From contig JBPOIA010000021.1 of NCBI GenBank assembly GCA_052034975.1, positions 702 through 64,701 on the forward strand: a DNA stretch of 64,000 bases, given 5' to 3'. This stretch comes from Candidatus Moraniibacteriota bacterium (GTDB lineage: Bacteria > Patescibacteriota > Minisyncoccia > Moranbacterales > UBA1568). The notes beneath the pieces were generated by a model. The model had not been told where the DNA came from. It ran no database searches and saw only the letters and a list, made by a program, of their open reading frames with translations. Below are positions 10,975-20,082 of the stretch, piece after piece (position 1 is the first letter of the stretch; every line of letters starts with the position of its first letter). Both the position numbers and the translations under genes were made by a program.

Positions 10975-11928
10975 GTGCGTGGCTTTTTGAAGCGTGTCTC
11001 GCATACCGCAAAAACACGCGCGCTGTGGGAAAAAGAATCACGACTGCTTGTCGCTGTTTCTGGAGGTCCGGACAGTCTCTGTCTCCTCGACACCCTCTTC
11101 CTTCTTTCAAAAAAGTACCCTCTTTCCCTGCATATCGCTCATATGAATTACCGGTTGCGCGGAAAAGAGTCCGATCAAGACGAAGTTCTTGTCCGCCAAC
11201 AGGCTGCCGCCTACGGAATTCCCTGTACCGTGCTTCGCTCGAGAAAAAAACTCTCTTCGGAAGCGGAATTTCGCCAGGCGCGCTATGTCTTTTTCGAAAA
11301 GCTCCGCAAGCGGAAGCGCTGCGACGTGATCGCTGTCGCCCATACCGAAGACGATCAGGCTGAAACATTCCTTCTACGTCTCTTGCGCGGCGCCGGAATC
11401 GATGGCCTCGGTGCGATGCAGCCCAAGAACGGCTTCGTTGTCCGACCGTTCTTGTTTACGCCTCGTGCAGACGTCTTGCGTTTCCTCACAGAACGGACTC
11501 TCAACCCTCGCGAGGATTCGAGCAACAAGAATCAGAATTTTCTACGGAATCGCGTCCGTCTGACACTTCTCCCATTTTTGGAACAATCGTTCCAGCCGAA
11601 CGTAAAAAAACTCCTCGCTCGAAACGCTGCGCTCATCGCCGAAGATGCCGCGCTCATCGAAACGCTCGTTCCGCCACTTGTCTCGCTCGTCATCTCACAA
11701 CGAAACGTTTCTTTTTCCCGCACCGAACTTCTCTCTCATCCGCTTCCGATTATCCGCCGACACCTCCGCGCGATCCTTAAACCGTTTTTCGAGGAGCTTC
11801 CGCCCAGCCGGAGTCTCGTTGATGAGATGATAAAGACCATCCGAAGCGCCAAAAACAAACCGCAACGCCTCGAAACCAGCAGGTTGAAATTAGAGCGGAA
11901 AGGTGATAAAGTGACACTGCTCTTTTGA
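10975..11928 (+). CDS. tilS: tRNA(Ile)-lysidine synthetase
   Basis: PP-loop LLVAVSGGPDSLCL. The track ORF (10783) overlaps gmk. The true start is probably a GTG or TTG just after the gmk stop; the exact codon is uncertain. Confidence 0.8.
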   Translation: MRGFLKRVSHTAKTRALWEKESRLLVAVSGGPDSLCLLDTLFLLSKKYPLSLHIAHMNYRLRGKESDQDEVLVRQQAAAYGIPCTVLRSRKKLSSEAEFRQARYVFFEKLRKRKRCDVIAVAHTEDDQAETFLLRLLRGAGIDGLGAMQPKNGFVVRPFLFTPRADVLRFLTERTLNPREDSSNKNQNFLRNRVRLTLLPFLEQSFQPNVKKLLARNAALIAEDAALIETLVPPLVSLVISQRNVSFSRTELLSHPLPIIRRHLRAILKPFFEELPPSRSLVDEMIKTIRSAKNKPQRLETSRLKLERKGDKVTLLF

Positions 11929-11959
11929 GCACATAATTGGATTATTCTTCCGAAAACAT

Positions 11960-13798
11960 ATGGAAAAAATGCTCAAGAATCTCTCGACTGTCATTCTCTT
12001 GTTTCTCCTTATTTCCGGCATATTCATCCTCTATCAGACACCGGAAAAGAAACCTTCTCCCATATCGCTCTCAGAACTGGTATCGGAAATAAACGATGGC
12101 AAGGTAAAGAAGATCGCTGTCCAGGGCAATACGCTCGACATCGAGCTTGCCGACGGCAGCCGCCAGAAAGGTAGCAAGGAATCCGAAGCGTCGCTCACCG
12201 AAACGCTCGCCAATTACGGAACCGATCGCGAGAAACTCGGAGGCGTACTCATCGACATCAAGGAAGAGTCCGGGGCGAGCTTTTGGCTCGCAGCCACGCT
12301 CCCATTCCTTCTCCCTTTCATTCTTATCTCGGCGTTCATTTGGTTTATGATGCGCCAGGCCCAACGCGGCAACGCTCAGGCACTCTCGTTCGGAACGAGC
12401 CGCGCGCGGATGCTTGATCCGAAAGACAAGAAAAAGCGCATCACGTTCGCCAACGTCGCCGGCGCGATCGAAGCAAAGACCGAGCTCGAAGAAGTGGTCG
12501 AATTCCTGAAACATCCGAAGAAGTTCCTCGCGATGGGTGCGAAAATCCCGAAAGGTGTCCTTCTTCTCGGGCCGCCCGGAACCGGCAAAACCCTGATGGC
12601 CAAGGCCGTCGCGGGCGAAGCCGGCGTGCCGTTCTTCAACATCAGCGGATCGGAATTTGTAGAGATGTTCGTCGGCGTGGGAGCAAGTCGCGTGCGTGAT
12701 CTCTTCAAACAGGCCAAAAAGAACGCTCCGGCCATCGTATTCATCGACGAAATCGACGCTGTCGGCCGTCATCGCGGCGCAGGCCTCGGCGGCGGGCACG
12801 ACGAACGCGAGCAGACTCTCAACCAGATCTTGGTCGAAATGGACGGGTTCGAGACGGATATGAGTGTCATCGTCATCGCTGCCACTAACCGTCCAGATGT
12901 TCTCGACCCGGCGCTCCTCCGGCCAGGACGTTTCGATCGCCGTGTCACGATGGATCTTCCGGATTTGGGCGAGCGCGAACAAATTCTTCAGATTCATACC
13001 AAAAACAAGCCTGTCGAAGAGAATGCTTCTCTCCGTACGCTCGCCGAACGTACGCCTGGATTTTCCGGAGCTGACCTTGCCAATCTCGTGAATGAAGCCG
13101 CTATCCTTGCCACAAGACGCGACAAGAAGATCATCGGGATGCCGGAACTCACCGAATCGATCGAAAAAGTCATTCTCGGCCCGGAACGTCGCAGTCGTAT
13201 CATCAACAAGAAGGAGAAGGAGATCGTCGCCTATCACGAAGGCGGACACGCGCTCGTCGGTGCAAGCCTCGAAAACGCCGATCCGGTACAGAAAATCTCT
13301 ATCATTTCGCGCGGACACGCCGGTGGATACACGCTGGCCGTTCCGACCGAAGACAAGAGTCTCCATTCCTACAAATATTTCGTCGACGAATTAGCTGTTC
13401 TTCTCGGTGGTTATGCGAGCGAAAAACTCATTTTCGGCGATATCACCACTGGCCCGTCAAATGACTTGGAACGCGCGACACAAATGGCGCGTGGAATGGT
13501 GACGCGCTATGGAATGAGCCGCCTCGGCGCGCGGACATTCGGTAAAAAAGAAGAGCTCGTCTTCCTCGGACGTGAAATGCATGAGGAACGAAACTACTCC
13601 GAAAAGACCGCACAAGACATCGATGCCGAGGTCACTCACCTCATCGATGAAGCCTTCCGACGCGCGACCGATATCCTCACCGAGAAACGTCTTCTTCTCG
13701 ACACGCTCGCGAAAACTCTGCTCGAAAAAGAAACGATCGAAAAAGAAGAGTTCGACAAGCTCATCGGTGCACCTTACGCCGCGCCTGCCGAAGCCTAA
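11960..13798 (+). CDS. ftsH: ATP-dependent zinc metalloprotease FtsH
   Basis: N-terminal TM helix. AAA module ([26 protein letters not shown]; second region of homology). Zinc motif HEGGHAL. Confidence 0.95.
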   Translation: MEKMLKNLSTVILLFLLISGIFILYQTPEKKPSPISLSELVSEINDGKVKKIAVQGNTLDIELADGSRQKGSKESEASLTETLANYGTDREKLGGVLIDIKEESGASFWLAATLPFLLPFILISAFIWFMMRQAQRGNAQALSFGTSRARMLDPKDKKKRITFANVAGAIEAKTELEEVVEFLKHPKKFLAMGAKIPKGVLLLGPPGTGKTLMAKAVAGEAGVPFFNISGSEFVEMFVGVGASRVRDLFKQAKKNAPAIVFIDEIDAVGRHRGAGLGGGHDEREQTLNQILVEMDGFETDMSVIVIAATNRPDVLDPALLRPGRFDRRVTMDLPDLGEREQILQIHTKNKPVEENASLRTLAERTPGFSGADLANLVNEAAILATRRDKKIIGMPELTESIEKVILGPERRSRIINKKEKEIVAYHEGGHALVGASLENADPVQKISIISRGHAGGYTLAVPTEDKSLHSYKYFVDELAVLLGGYASEKLIFGDITTGPSNDLERATQMARGMVTRYGMSRLGARTFGKKEELVFLGREMHEERNYSEKTAQDIDAEVTHLIDEAFRRATDILTEKRLLLDTLAKTLLEKETIEKEEFDKLIGAPYAAPAEA

Positions 13799-13804
13799 TG
13801 CTCT

Positions 13805-14686
13805 ATGGAAAAAACATCTTTCCGAGAACTGGCCCATCGCGCCTGGAATCTTTCGTTCACCGCACCGATCTTCTTCATCTTCGGATGTTTTCTCGCGATC
13901 GCTTCCGTCACTGAAAATTTTTTCCCGGCCAAGACGAGCACGGACATCCAATCGATCAAAGACTTGCTCGCTACTGGACACGTTCCGGAAAATATCCCTT
14001 TTCTGATGGTGATCGCCATTTTCTTGTTCATCATCAGGTCATTCGGCAAAGGCAATCTGATCGTATCGATCGGCGCCTCCGCTTCCAAAGATAAAAGAGG
14101 AATTCCTCTCACGCACCTGTCCATCTGGAAAAATTTTTCCCGAACCCTTCTCCTCGAAGGTACTGTCTTCTTGTTTCTCTCTGGTGCAGCGGCCATTTTG
14201 GTCATTCCGATCTTTCTTGCTTTTCGCTACAATCCGGCCGTGCTGGGAATCGTCGCGCTCGGCGCTCTCATTCTTTTTGCAGCCATCGCCATCATAGCTT
14301 TCTTCGTTCAGGAATTCAGTCTCTTCTACCGACTCCTCTCTCCTCTCAGGCTACGCTCATCGCTCGAAAACGGCGGCGTTCTTTTCAGTCGTCACACATC
14401 CCGATGTCTTTTGTTCGGATTCTTCTCCTTCGCGCTCTTCGTTCTCTTTACTTTTTGCCTAAATCTCGTTATGCTGAATATCGTCACCTTGACGGAATGG
14501 GCGGGCTTTTCCGGACAACAAGCGCTCATTTCCGCGCTTATCGCCCTCCCTATCTTCAGCTGGTGGCACGTTTTTGAACAATCTCTGCGATATCTCTTCT
14601 TCAAGGATCTTGCTGTTCCAAAAACCGAAGAATCCGCGGAAGAGTTCACTCTCAAAGACGGTATGCCGGAAACTCCCACCGCGTAG
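13805..14686 (+). CDS. Hypothetical polytopic membrane protein
   Basis: 293 aa with six or more hydrophobic helices. No motif recognised. Confidence 0.45.
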   Translation: MEKTSFRELAHRAWNLSFTAPIFFIFGCFLAIASVTENFFPAKTSTDIQSIKDLLATGHVPENIPFLMVIAIFLFIIRSFGKGNLIVSIGASASKDKRGIPLTHLSIWKNFSRTLLLEGTVFLFLSGAAAILVIPIFLAFRYNPAVLGIVALGALILFAAIAIIAFFVQEFSLFYRLLSPLRLRSSLENGGVLFSRHTSRCLLFGFFSFALFVLFTFCLNLVMLNIVTLTEWAGFSGQQALISALIALPIFSWWHVFEQSLRYLFFKDLAVPKTEESAEEFTLKDGMPETPTA

Positions 14687-14692
14687 ACTCCC

Positions 14693-14766
14693 GGGCGTAT
14701 AGCTCAGTTGGTTAGAGCGTCACATTGACATTGTGAAGGTCTCTGGTTCGAATCCAGATACGCCCA
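14693..14766 (+). tRNA. tRNA-Val (anticodon GAC)
   Basis: Cloverleaf GGGCGTA/TACGCCC. D-arm GCTCAGTTGGTTAGAGC. Anticodon loop TTGACAT. T-arm GGTTCGAATCC. Confidence 0.85.
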
Positions 14767-14909
14767 CAACAAAATCCAGCGTCTGCCAAAGACGCTGGAT
14801 TTTTTATTCCCAAACGAAGTGAGCGTAACGAAAGCTTGTTTTCGTTACCGAGCGAGTGATGGGAACACAGAAGAAAATACCCTTTATTTTCGTTTTCTGT
14901 TTCCTTATT

Positions 14910-15962
14910 CTACGGTCCGCCCGTTCCATTGTCTGGCGGCGCAGGTGTCGTCGGATTGACACTGACATTGGTCCGCTGCAGCACAGACGGTACAAACCGC
15001 GCCGCCGGCCCGAGCGTCTGTGACAGACTGCCAAGCTCTTGACCGACCTGTCCGTTGACACTCCAAATTTCTCGCTGGATATTGGCCTGTACCTGGCCGA
15101 TGCCCTGCTGAATAAGCCCACTGATCATCCGATTCACCATCGCGGACACCGCACCAGAAAGGAATTCCGCCGGATTCGTTGCGTTTGTAATAATGTTATT
15201 TCCCATATTCTGCACGCTCGTGGTAAGGGCCTCGATCGATCCGGATGGCGTAATGACTTGTCCATTCCGCTCCACCGGACGGAAACCGGAAGACTGTGCC
15301 TTCACCTTCTGCACTTCGATGGATGACGAGAGCTTGCTATAATATGCCTCTTCGGCCATCAATGTGTACCCGTACGGATTATTCGCGGGGTTGGAAAAAA
15401 ACGCATTAAATGCCCGCCAATCCCCTTCCGCGAACATCACTTCCGGACTGGACGTGTACTCATCAAGATTCATCTGCGTATACGACGAACGGTCAGTCGT
15501 TGAACGGCGTGCCTGATCGATCAGATATCCGGAATAGTTCCCCCGGACACCGCTTCCCATATTTCCAACACCGATATAATTCGACGATGATCCCTTGCCG
15601 CGTGTCGTGAGCGTGAAGAAATCGTTCATATAGAGATTCGTTTCCTGGATCGGCTCGCGATACAGGAACGTCTCGTAATTGGTGATGAAGAGCGCTTGTC
15701 CCGTCGCGCCACCACCGATCAGCTGGTTTATCTGGCTGTTTAGGAGCTGTGTCGCAGCGACCTTGAGCGATCCGAGAAGCATCCCTTGCATTTGATCGTA
15801 AATCCGCTCCATCGCCTGCTTCATAATCGCGGCCGCTATGTTGGCTCCCCACTGGTCAGCGCGCGCCACCGGAACCAGCACAAATATGTGCAGCACAAAA
15901 GCACAGAGAATCGCTCCTGAGAGAACGCCTTTTTTCAAAATATATTTTGACGCAGTCATCAT
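14910..15962 (-). CDS. Hypothetical secreted protein
   Basis: Start at ATGATG four nt after the upstream stop. Signal-peptide-like N-terminus (ILCAFVLHIFVLVPVARA). Gly/Ser/Asn-rich mature region. Confidence 0.5.
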   Translation of the reverse strand: MMTASKYILKKGVLSGAILCAFVLHIFVLVPVARADQWGANIAAAIMKQAMERIYDQMQGMLLGSLKVAATQLLNSQINQLIGGGATGQALFITNYETFLYREPIQETNLYMNDFFTLTTRGKGSSSNYIGVGNMGSGVRGNYSGYLIDQARRSTTDRSSYTQMNLDEYTSSPEVMFAEGDWRAFNAFFSNPANNPYGYTLMAEEAYYSKLSSSIEVQKVKAQSSGFRPVERNGQVITPSGSIEALTTSVQNMGNNIITNATNPAEFLSGAVSAMVNRMISGLIQQGIGQVQANIQREIWSVNGQVGQELGSLSQTLGPAARFVPSVLQRTNVSVNPTTPAPPDNGTGGP

Positions 15963-15966
15963 ATTA

Positions 15967-16953
15967 TCAGAGGTCAACGGGAATTTCGGCGATATCGTAT
16001 TTCTCAAGCTTATCGGTGATCTCCTGCGAGAGCTCAAGCACGACCGCAAGGAATCCCTGTGCGCGCGACAATGCCGCGACCTGTCCCAGCGGATCGGTTC
16101 CGTCCGTTTTCAATTCACTCTTGATCTGCGATGAGTACAATGCCATCTTGAGAGCCTTGATATGGATATCAAGCATCGCCTCCGGTACTTCGACGCCGCG
16201 GATCTCCTCGAGCATCTTCTTGCCGCGATCCTCCATCTGATCGAGATACGTCATATCCCCCGCCGAAAGTGCGGACAGCGATTCTCCGGAAAGCGCAGAG
16301 AGGAGACCTTCCAACTCGTCGGCCGTATGGAAAGCTTTCGGAGAATTATTGGCAATCGAGTATGAGAGTACGGTCAGATATTCCAAAATGTCTTCCCGCT
16401 CTTCTTCTTTCCGAGCCTTCTCACTCAGCTTTTTCGATGGTGCCTTCTTTATCTTGATATCCTTGGTATCGACGTCCGGCAGATGAATCTCTTGCGTCGT
16501 ACCGCTCAAAACTCTCTCTACTGTTTCGTTGATCTGATCAAGTGAAAGCGAGTCGCTCTCGGTCGCATCACGCAGAACGGTCGCGATCTCTACCGAAGCC
16601 TTTTCCGTCAGGTTATCTCCGTTTTGAGCAGCAGACGATTGTTTCGTATCCGAAATCGACATCGTCACGATCTTGTCGCCGGGAGCTTTCTTCAGGGGAT
16701 CATATCCGCTCTCTACTTCTACACCGTCACCGTATCCATCACCGTCAGTATCCTTCTTGAATGGATCGGTACCGTAAAGCTTTTCCTCCTCATTGCTCAA
16801 TCCATCTTGATCGGTATCCTGGAAGATATTTTTCCCACTGGTCGCGTCGCTCGCGAACGCAAAAAAAGCCGCGCTCAAAAAAAGCAGGCCAAAAAAAAGA
16901 AACAAGGAAACACGCAGGTTTTTTTCGGAAATTCCCTGAAAAGCATTTCCCAT
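15967..16953 (-). CDS. Hypothetical secreted protein with thrombospondin-type-3-like Ca-binding Asp repeats
   Basis: Signal peptide. DTDQDGLSNEEE and DTDGDGYGDG repeats. Confidence 0.5.
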   Translation of the reverse strand: MGNAFQGISEKNLRVSLFLFFGLLFLSAAFFAFASDATSGKNIFQDTDQDGLSNEEEKLYGTDPFKKDTDGDGYGDGVEVESGYDPLKKAPGDKIVTMSISDTKQSSAAQNGDNLTEKASVEIATVLRDATESDSLSLDQINETVERVLSGTTQEIHLPDVDTKDIKIKKAPSKKLSEKARKEEEREDILEYLTVLSYSIANNSPKAFHTADELEGLLSALSGESLSALSAGDMTYLDQMEDRGKKMLEEIRGVEVPEAMLDIHIKALKMALYSSQIKSELKTDGTDPLGQVAALSRAQGFLAVVLELSQEITDKLEKYDIAEIPVDL

Positions 16954-17246
16954 ATGCGGGATGTCGTTTTTGTATTTTTATACATTGTGAGTATATCATT
17001 TTTTATTTTCTCCGACAACACAAAAATGAATGGTATTTACCCCGAAGTAAGCCGCGGGGTATTCTCCCCCATGTTCCCATCACTCGCTCGGGAATGAAAA
17101 GGAGGATTTATCTCTTGGTAAATAAAAACATCCCTCAAAAATGCCGCGATGTTTCAAAAAATTCTTTTCTCAAGTTTTTCCTATCAAAAAACTGATTCTC
17201 AGTGCTTTTTTCCAAAATATACATTCTTTACATCACAAACAAAAAA

Positions 17247-19250
17247 TTAAACAACGTTTTTATGTTTTGTCAATACTATCAAAGAAGAGGAGGCCATCAA
17301 TCCAAATGATACCCAAAAAAGCAACTGGCCTTGTTGTATATCAAAAAAATAGTGATCAAAAAACATAATCACAAGAATAGATATTACAACAGATTTAGTC
17401 ATAATTGTCAATATTTCTTCTTCTAATGTTCCACGTGGAACATCTTTAAGATTCTCTTTCAAATCTTTTTGCTCAGAATGTTCCACGTGGAACATTTCAT
17501 TGTTTTTATACAAATGTAATATTTTAAAGAAAAATGTTCCACGTGGAACATTTCCTGAAAAAACAACTTTAATAAAAAAGAAAAATGTCGCTAATCCTAT
17601 TATACCAAGTTCCGACAAAACGATCAGGTAAACATTATGTACTGGCTGAAATTGCCATATGAGAAGTTGAGTATCAAAAAATCGATGCATACCATAAACA
17701 GACTGTCCTATACCCATACCTATAATTGGGCTTTCCTGAAAGGAATTCCATACTGATCTCATTAAAAATAGCCTTTCCTCCATAGACTGAACAAAGAAAT
17801 AGTTCCAATTTATTGCTTTAAATAAAGCAATAAATAATACTATCCCTAAAAATACAAACAAATGTTCCACGTGGAACATTTTTATATATTGTGAAAATGT
17901 TCCACGTGGAACATTTTCTAAGTGTTTATTAACGCCTGTTTCAATAAATACTTTCTTCTTAAAAAGTGGTTTATATGCAAAAATGTTCCACGTGGAACAT
18001 TTTTTTGATATCGCATTCAATATAGCCTTCGAAGAATTAAGGATAAAGAATGTTCCACGTGGAACACTTAGGCTCTCAAAAGCCTTGTTACCCATAAAAT
18101 GTTCCACGTGGAACATTTTATAAATACAAAATCCAAGATATATCCCTCCAATAAGAAGGCCAAGAATTGCTGATTTTGAAAATGTACAAATAAGACAAAG
18201 TAGCTGGATAAAAAGTGCCAATCTTAAAAACCATCTATTTTTCAAATGTTCCACGTGGAACATTTGATTATTTCTGTGGAATAGCAGTGGATAAACTGCC
18301 GTTATGAGTATAGTTATCACCAAAAACCCCCCTAATATATTTGGATGAGGAAAAAACGCATAGGATCTGACAAAGGCCTCATTTTCAATAATAACCTTTG
18401 CTATTCCAACATCTGAAACCGAAAAAATGCTTTCTTTCAGAAAAGTAAATCCCAATGATCCTTGCTTTAAAAACTGTAAAATTCCAAAAAATGCTTGAAA
18501 CAAGCCTAAAAATATAAGTATTCTGAGTAAAGGTTCAAATATGTTCCACGTGGAACATATTGATATCTCCTTACAATGTTCCACGTGAAACATTTGATTA
18601 TTTTTTTCAACACCAGGATCTTTCTTTAAAATGTTCCACGTGGAACATTTTTTTGATATCGCATTTAATAGTGCCTTCGAAGAATTAATACTAAAGAATG
18701 TTCCACGTGGAACATTTTGATTTTTATCAATATCAACATCTTCATTAAAAAGTACTGGTTGGTTTTTTATGCCTTCATTATTGAAAAATGTTCCACGTGG
18801 AACAAAATAAAGAATCAGAGTTACATACAAAAGATATCCTTCTGAAAGCTTTGCTAAGGCATAAAAAGCAAGTATTCTATTTTCTGACCAAAAAATAGAG
18901 GCTGTGGACCATAGTATGAACAAAAGTGGAGCAAGTATGAAAAAATAAAAATGTTCCACGTGGAACATTTTCTTCCAATTATGTATTGACAATATATAGT
19001 TTTTATTGTTTAATATAAAAACTATGATAAAAGCTGCCAGTGTCAAATCCGAAAGATACAGTGAGAGGTCGGTATATTCATTAAACTGACCTTCCTCGGT
19101 TAGCGGAAAAAAGGTGAAAACTTTCCGGATCGAGAAGGGGAGTGTAAGAAGGAAAAGTCCGAGCAACCATCGTTCCGAAACAGCTCTCATTGCAGCGGAG
19201 GGTTCTGTCATAAGCGGTCTTTTGGGATTCTTTTCATTATACAGAAACAT
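17247..19250 (-). CDS. O-antigen ligase (Wzy_C) family membrane protein interrupted in-frame by 15 palindromic repeat copies; possibly a pseudogene
   Basis: 719-aa ORF open across an AT-rich repeat array. Wzy_C signature PVHNVYLIVLSELGIIGL and a TFSKSAILGLLIGG segment. The track N-terminus overlaps tRNA-Ala, so the start is placed at an internal Met (MFLYNEK). Confidence 0.5.
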   Translation of the reverse strand: MFLYNEKNPKRPLMTEPSAAMRAVSERWLLGLFLLTLPFSIRKVFTFFPLTEEGQFNEYTDLSLYLSDLTLAAFIIVFILNNKNYILSIHNWKKMFHVEHFYFFILAPLLFILWSTASIFWSENRILAFYALAKLSEGYLLYVTLILYFVPRGTFFNNEGIKNQPVLFNEDVDIDKNQNVPRGTFFSINSSKALLNAISKKCSTWNILKKDPGVEKNNQMFHVEHCKEISICSTWNIFEPLLRILIFLGLFQAFFGILQFLKQGSLGFTFLKESIFSVSDVGIAKVIIENEAFVRSYAFFPHPNILGGFLVITILITAVYPLLFHRNNQMFHVEHLKNRWFLRLALFIQLLCLICTFSKSAILGLLIGGIYLGFCIYKMFHVEHFMGNKAFESLSVPRGTFFILNSSKAILNAISKKCSTWNIFAYKPLFKKKVFIETGVNKHLENVPRGTFSQYIKMFHVEHLFVFLGIVLFIALFKAINWNYFFVQSMEERLFLMRSVWNSFQESPIIGMGIGQSVYGMHRFFDTQLLIWQFQPVHNVYLIVLSELGIIGLATFFFFIKVVFSGNVPRGTFFFKILHLYKNNEMFHVEHSEQKDLKENLKDVPRGTLEEEILTIMTKSVVISILVIMFFDHYFFDIQQGQLLFWVSFGLMASSSLIVLTKHKNVV
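17427..18967. repeat. Array of 15 copies of the perfect palindrome TGTTCCACGTGGAACA (extended AATGTTCCACGTGGAACATT)
   Basis: Copies start at approximately 17427, 17479, 17535, 17863, 17898, 17984, 18051, 18100, 18247, 18542, 18577, 18632, 18699, 18789 and 18952. Two are slightly degenerate. The palindrome is stop-free in all frames. Confidence 0.9.
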
Positions 19251-19330
19251 ACGCTTTTGTGAATGCTTCGCTGATACGGCCATACAGGGTTGACGAAACT
19301 TCCGTGACAGGTATGATACAAGGGTGTCTC

Positions 19331-19403
19331 GGGCCATTAGCTCATCTGGTAGAGCGCATCCATGGCATGGATGAGGTGGCCGGTTCGAGTCCGGCATGGT
19401 CCA
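19331..19403 (+). tRNA. tRNA-Ala (anticodon GGC)
   Basis: Acceptor GGGCCAT with the G3:U70 Ala identity pair. Anticodon loop ATGGCAT. T-arm GCCGGTTCGAGTCCGGC. Confidence 0.85.
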
Positions 19404-19409
19404 CAAAAA

Positions 19410-19440
19410 CAGACGCCTCTTTGGGGCGTTTTTGTTTTAC
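19410..19440 (+). terminator. Intrinsic terminator after tRNA-Ala
   Basis: ACGCC tctttg GGGCGT followed by TTTTTGTTTT. Confidence 0.5.
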
Positions 19441-19560
19441 TTAAAATGAGAGCATTGATACTATGGAAGAAGTATGATAGAGTTCCTCTCTGCCTCCCAT
19501 CGCTCAGTGGGTTCCGGCAGATACGGGACTGATCATCTCTGAGCACAAAAGACGAGAAGC

Positions 19561-19632
19561 GCCCTTGTAGTTCAATGGATAGAACGGGCCCGTCCTAAGG
19601 GTTTGATGTAGGTTCGATTCCTGCCAAGGGCA
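19561..19632 (+). tRNA. tRNA-Arg (anticodon CCT)
   Basis: Acceptor GCCCTTG/CAAGGGC. Anticodon loop GTCCTAA. T-arm GTAGGTTCGATTCCTGC. Two G-U pairs in the anticodon stem. Confidence 0.7.
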
Positions 19633-19717
19633 CTCATTTTATCTCGAGTTCCCGGTCAGATAGACAGGGGCTTCTCAGACGTAAAAGCCGGCTTATACAA
19701 CGTTGTCCACCGATATG

Positions 19718-20050
19718 TCCTCTCATCGCATCGCAAAAGTCAATGAGCTTGTCCGTCAGCAGTTGGCGGAAATTATGGAGCGAGAACTCTCTTTGAAGCA
19801 GGGTGTGTTTGTCACGATTGCAAAGGTTGACACCTCAAAAGACCTCCGCTATACTCGCGTGTCCGTGAGCGTTTTTCCCGAAAGAGAGGTTGGGTACGTG
19901 ACGGAGACGCTAAAGAAAGAGTTGCCGGTATTGCAAAAATCCCTCTTCAGAAAACTCTATATGAAGCCTTCGCCGCGCCTTTCATTCGAGATCGATCGAA
20001 CCGAAGAAAAGGCTGACGAAGTCGAAAGGATCCTCAAGGATCTCTTCTAA
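19718..20050 (+). CDS. rbfA: Ribosome-binding factor A
   Basis: RIAKVNELVRQQLAEIM...DLRYTRVSVSVF is RbfA-like. Start taken at MSSHR. Confidence 0.85.
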   Translation, partial: SSHRIAKVNELVRQQLAEIMERELSLKQGVFVTIAKVDTSKDLRYTRVSVSVFPEREVGYVTETLKKELPVLQKSLFRKLYMKPSPRLSFEIDRTEEKADEVERILKDLF

Positions 20051-20082
20051 TATCCGAAGAGTCAGCATCAAGACATTAGCCT

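Noticed and set aside
17427-18967. Possible CRISPR array (regularly recurring short repeat).
   Set aside because: The repeat is only 16-20 bp and perfectly palindromic. Spacers range from ~20 to ~330 bp. The whole array lies inside a single open reading frame and no cas genes are nearby. All of this is inconsistent with CRISPR.
19259-19444. 61-aa plus-strand ORF.
   Set aside because: It is fully contained in tRNA-Ala plus its terminator hairpin, so it is not coding.
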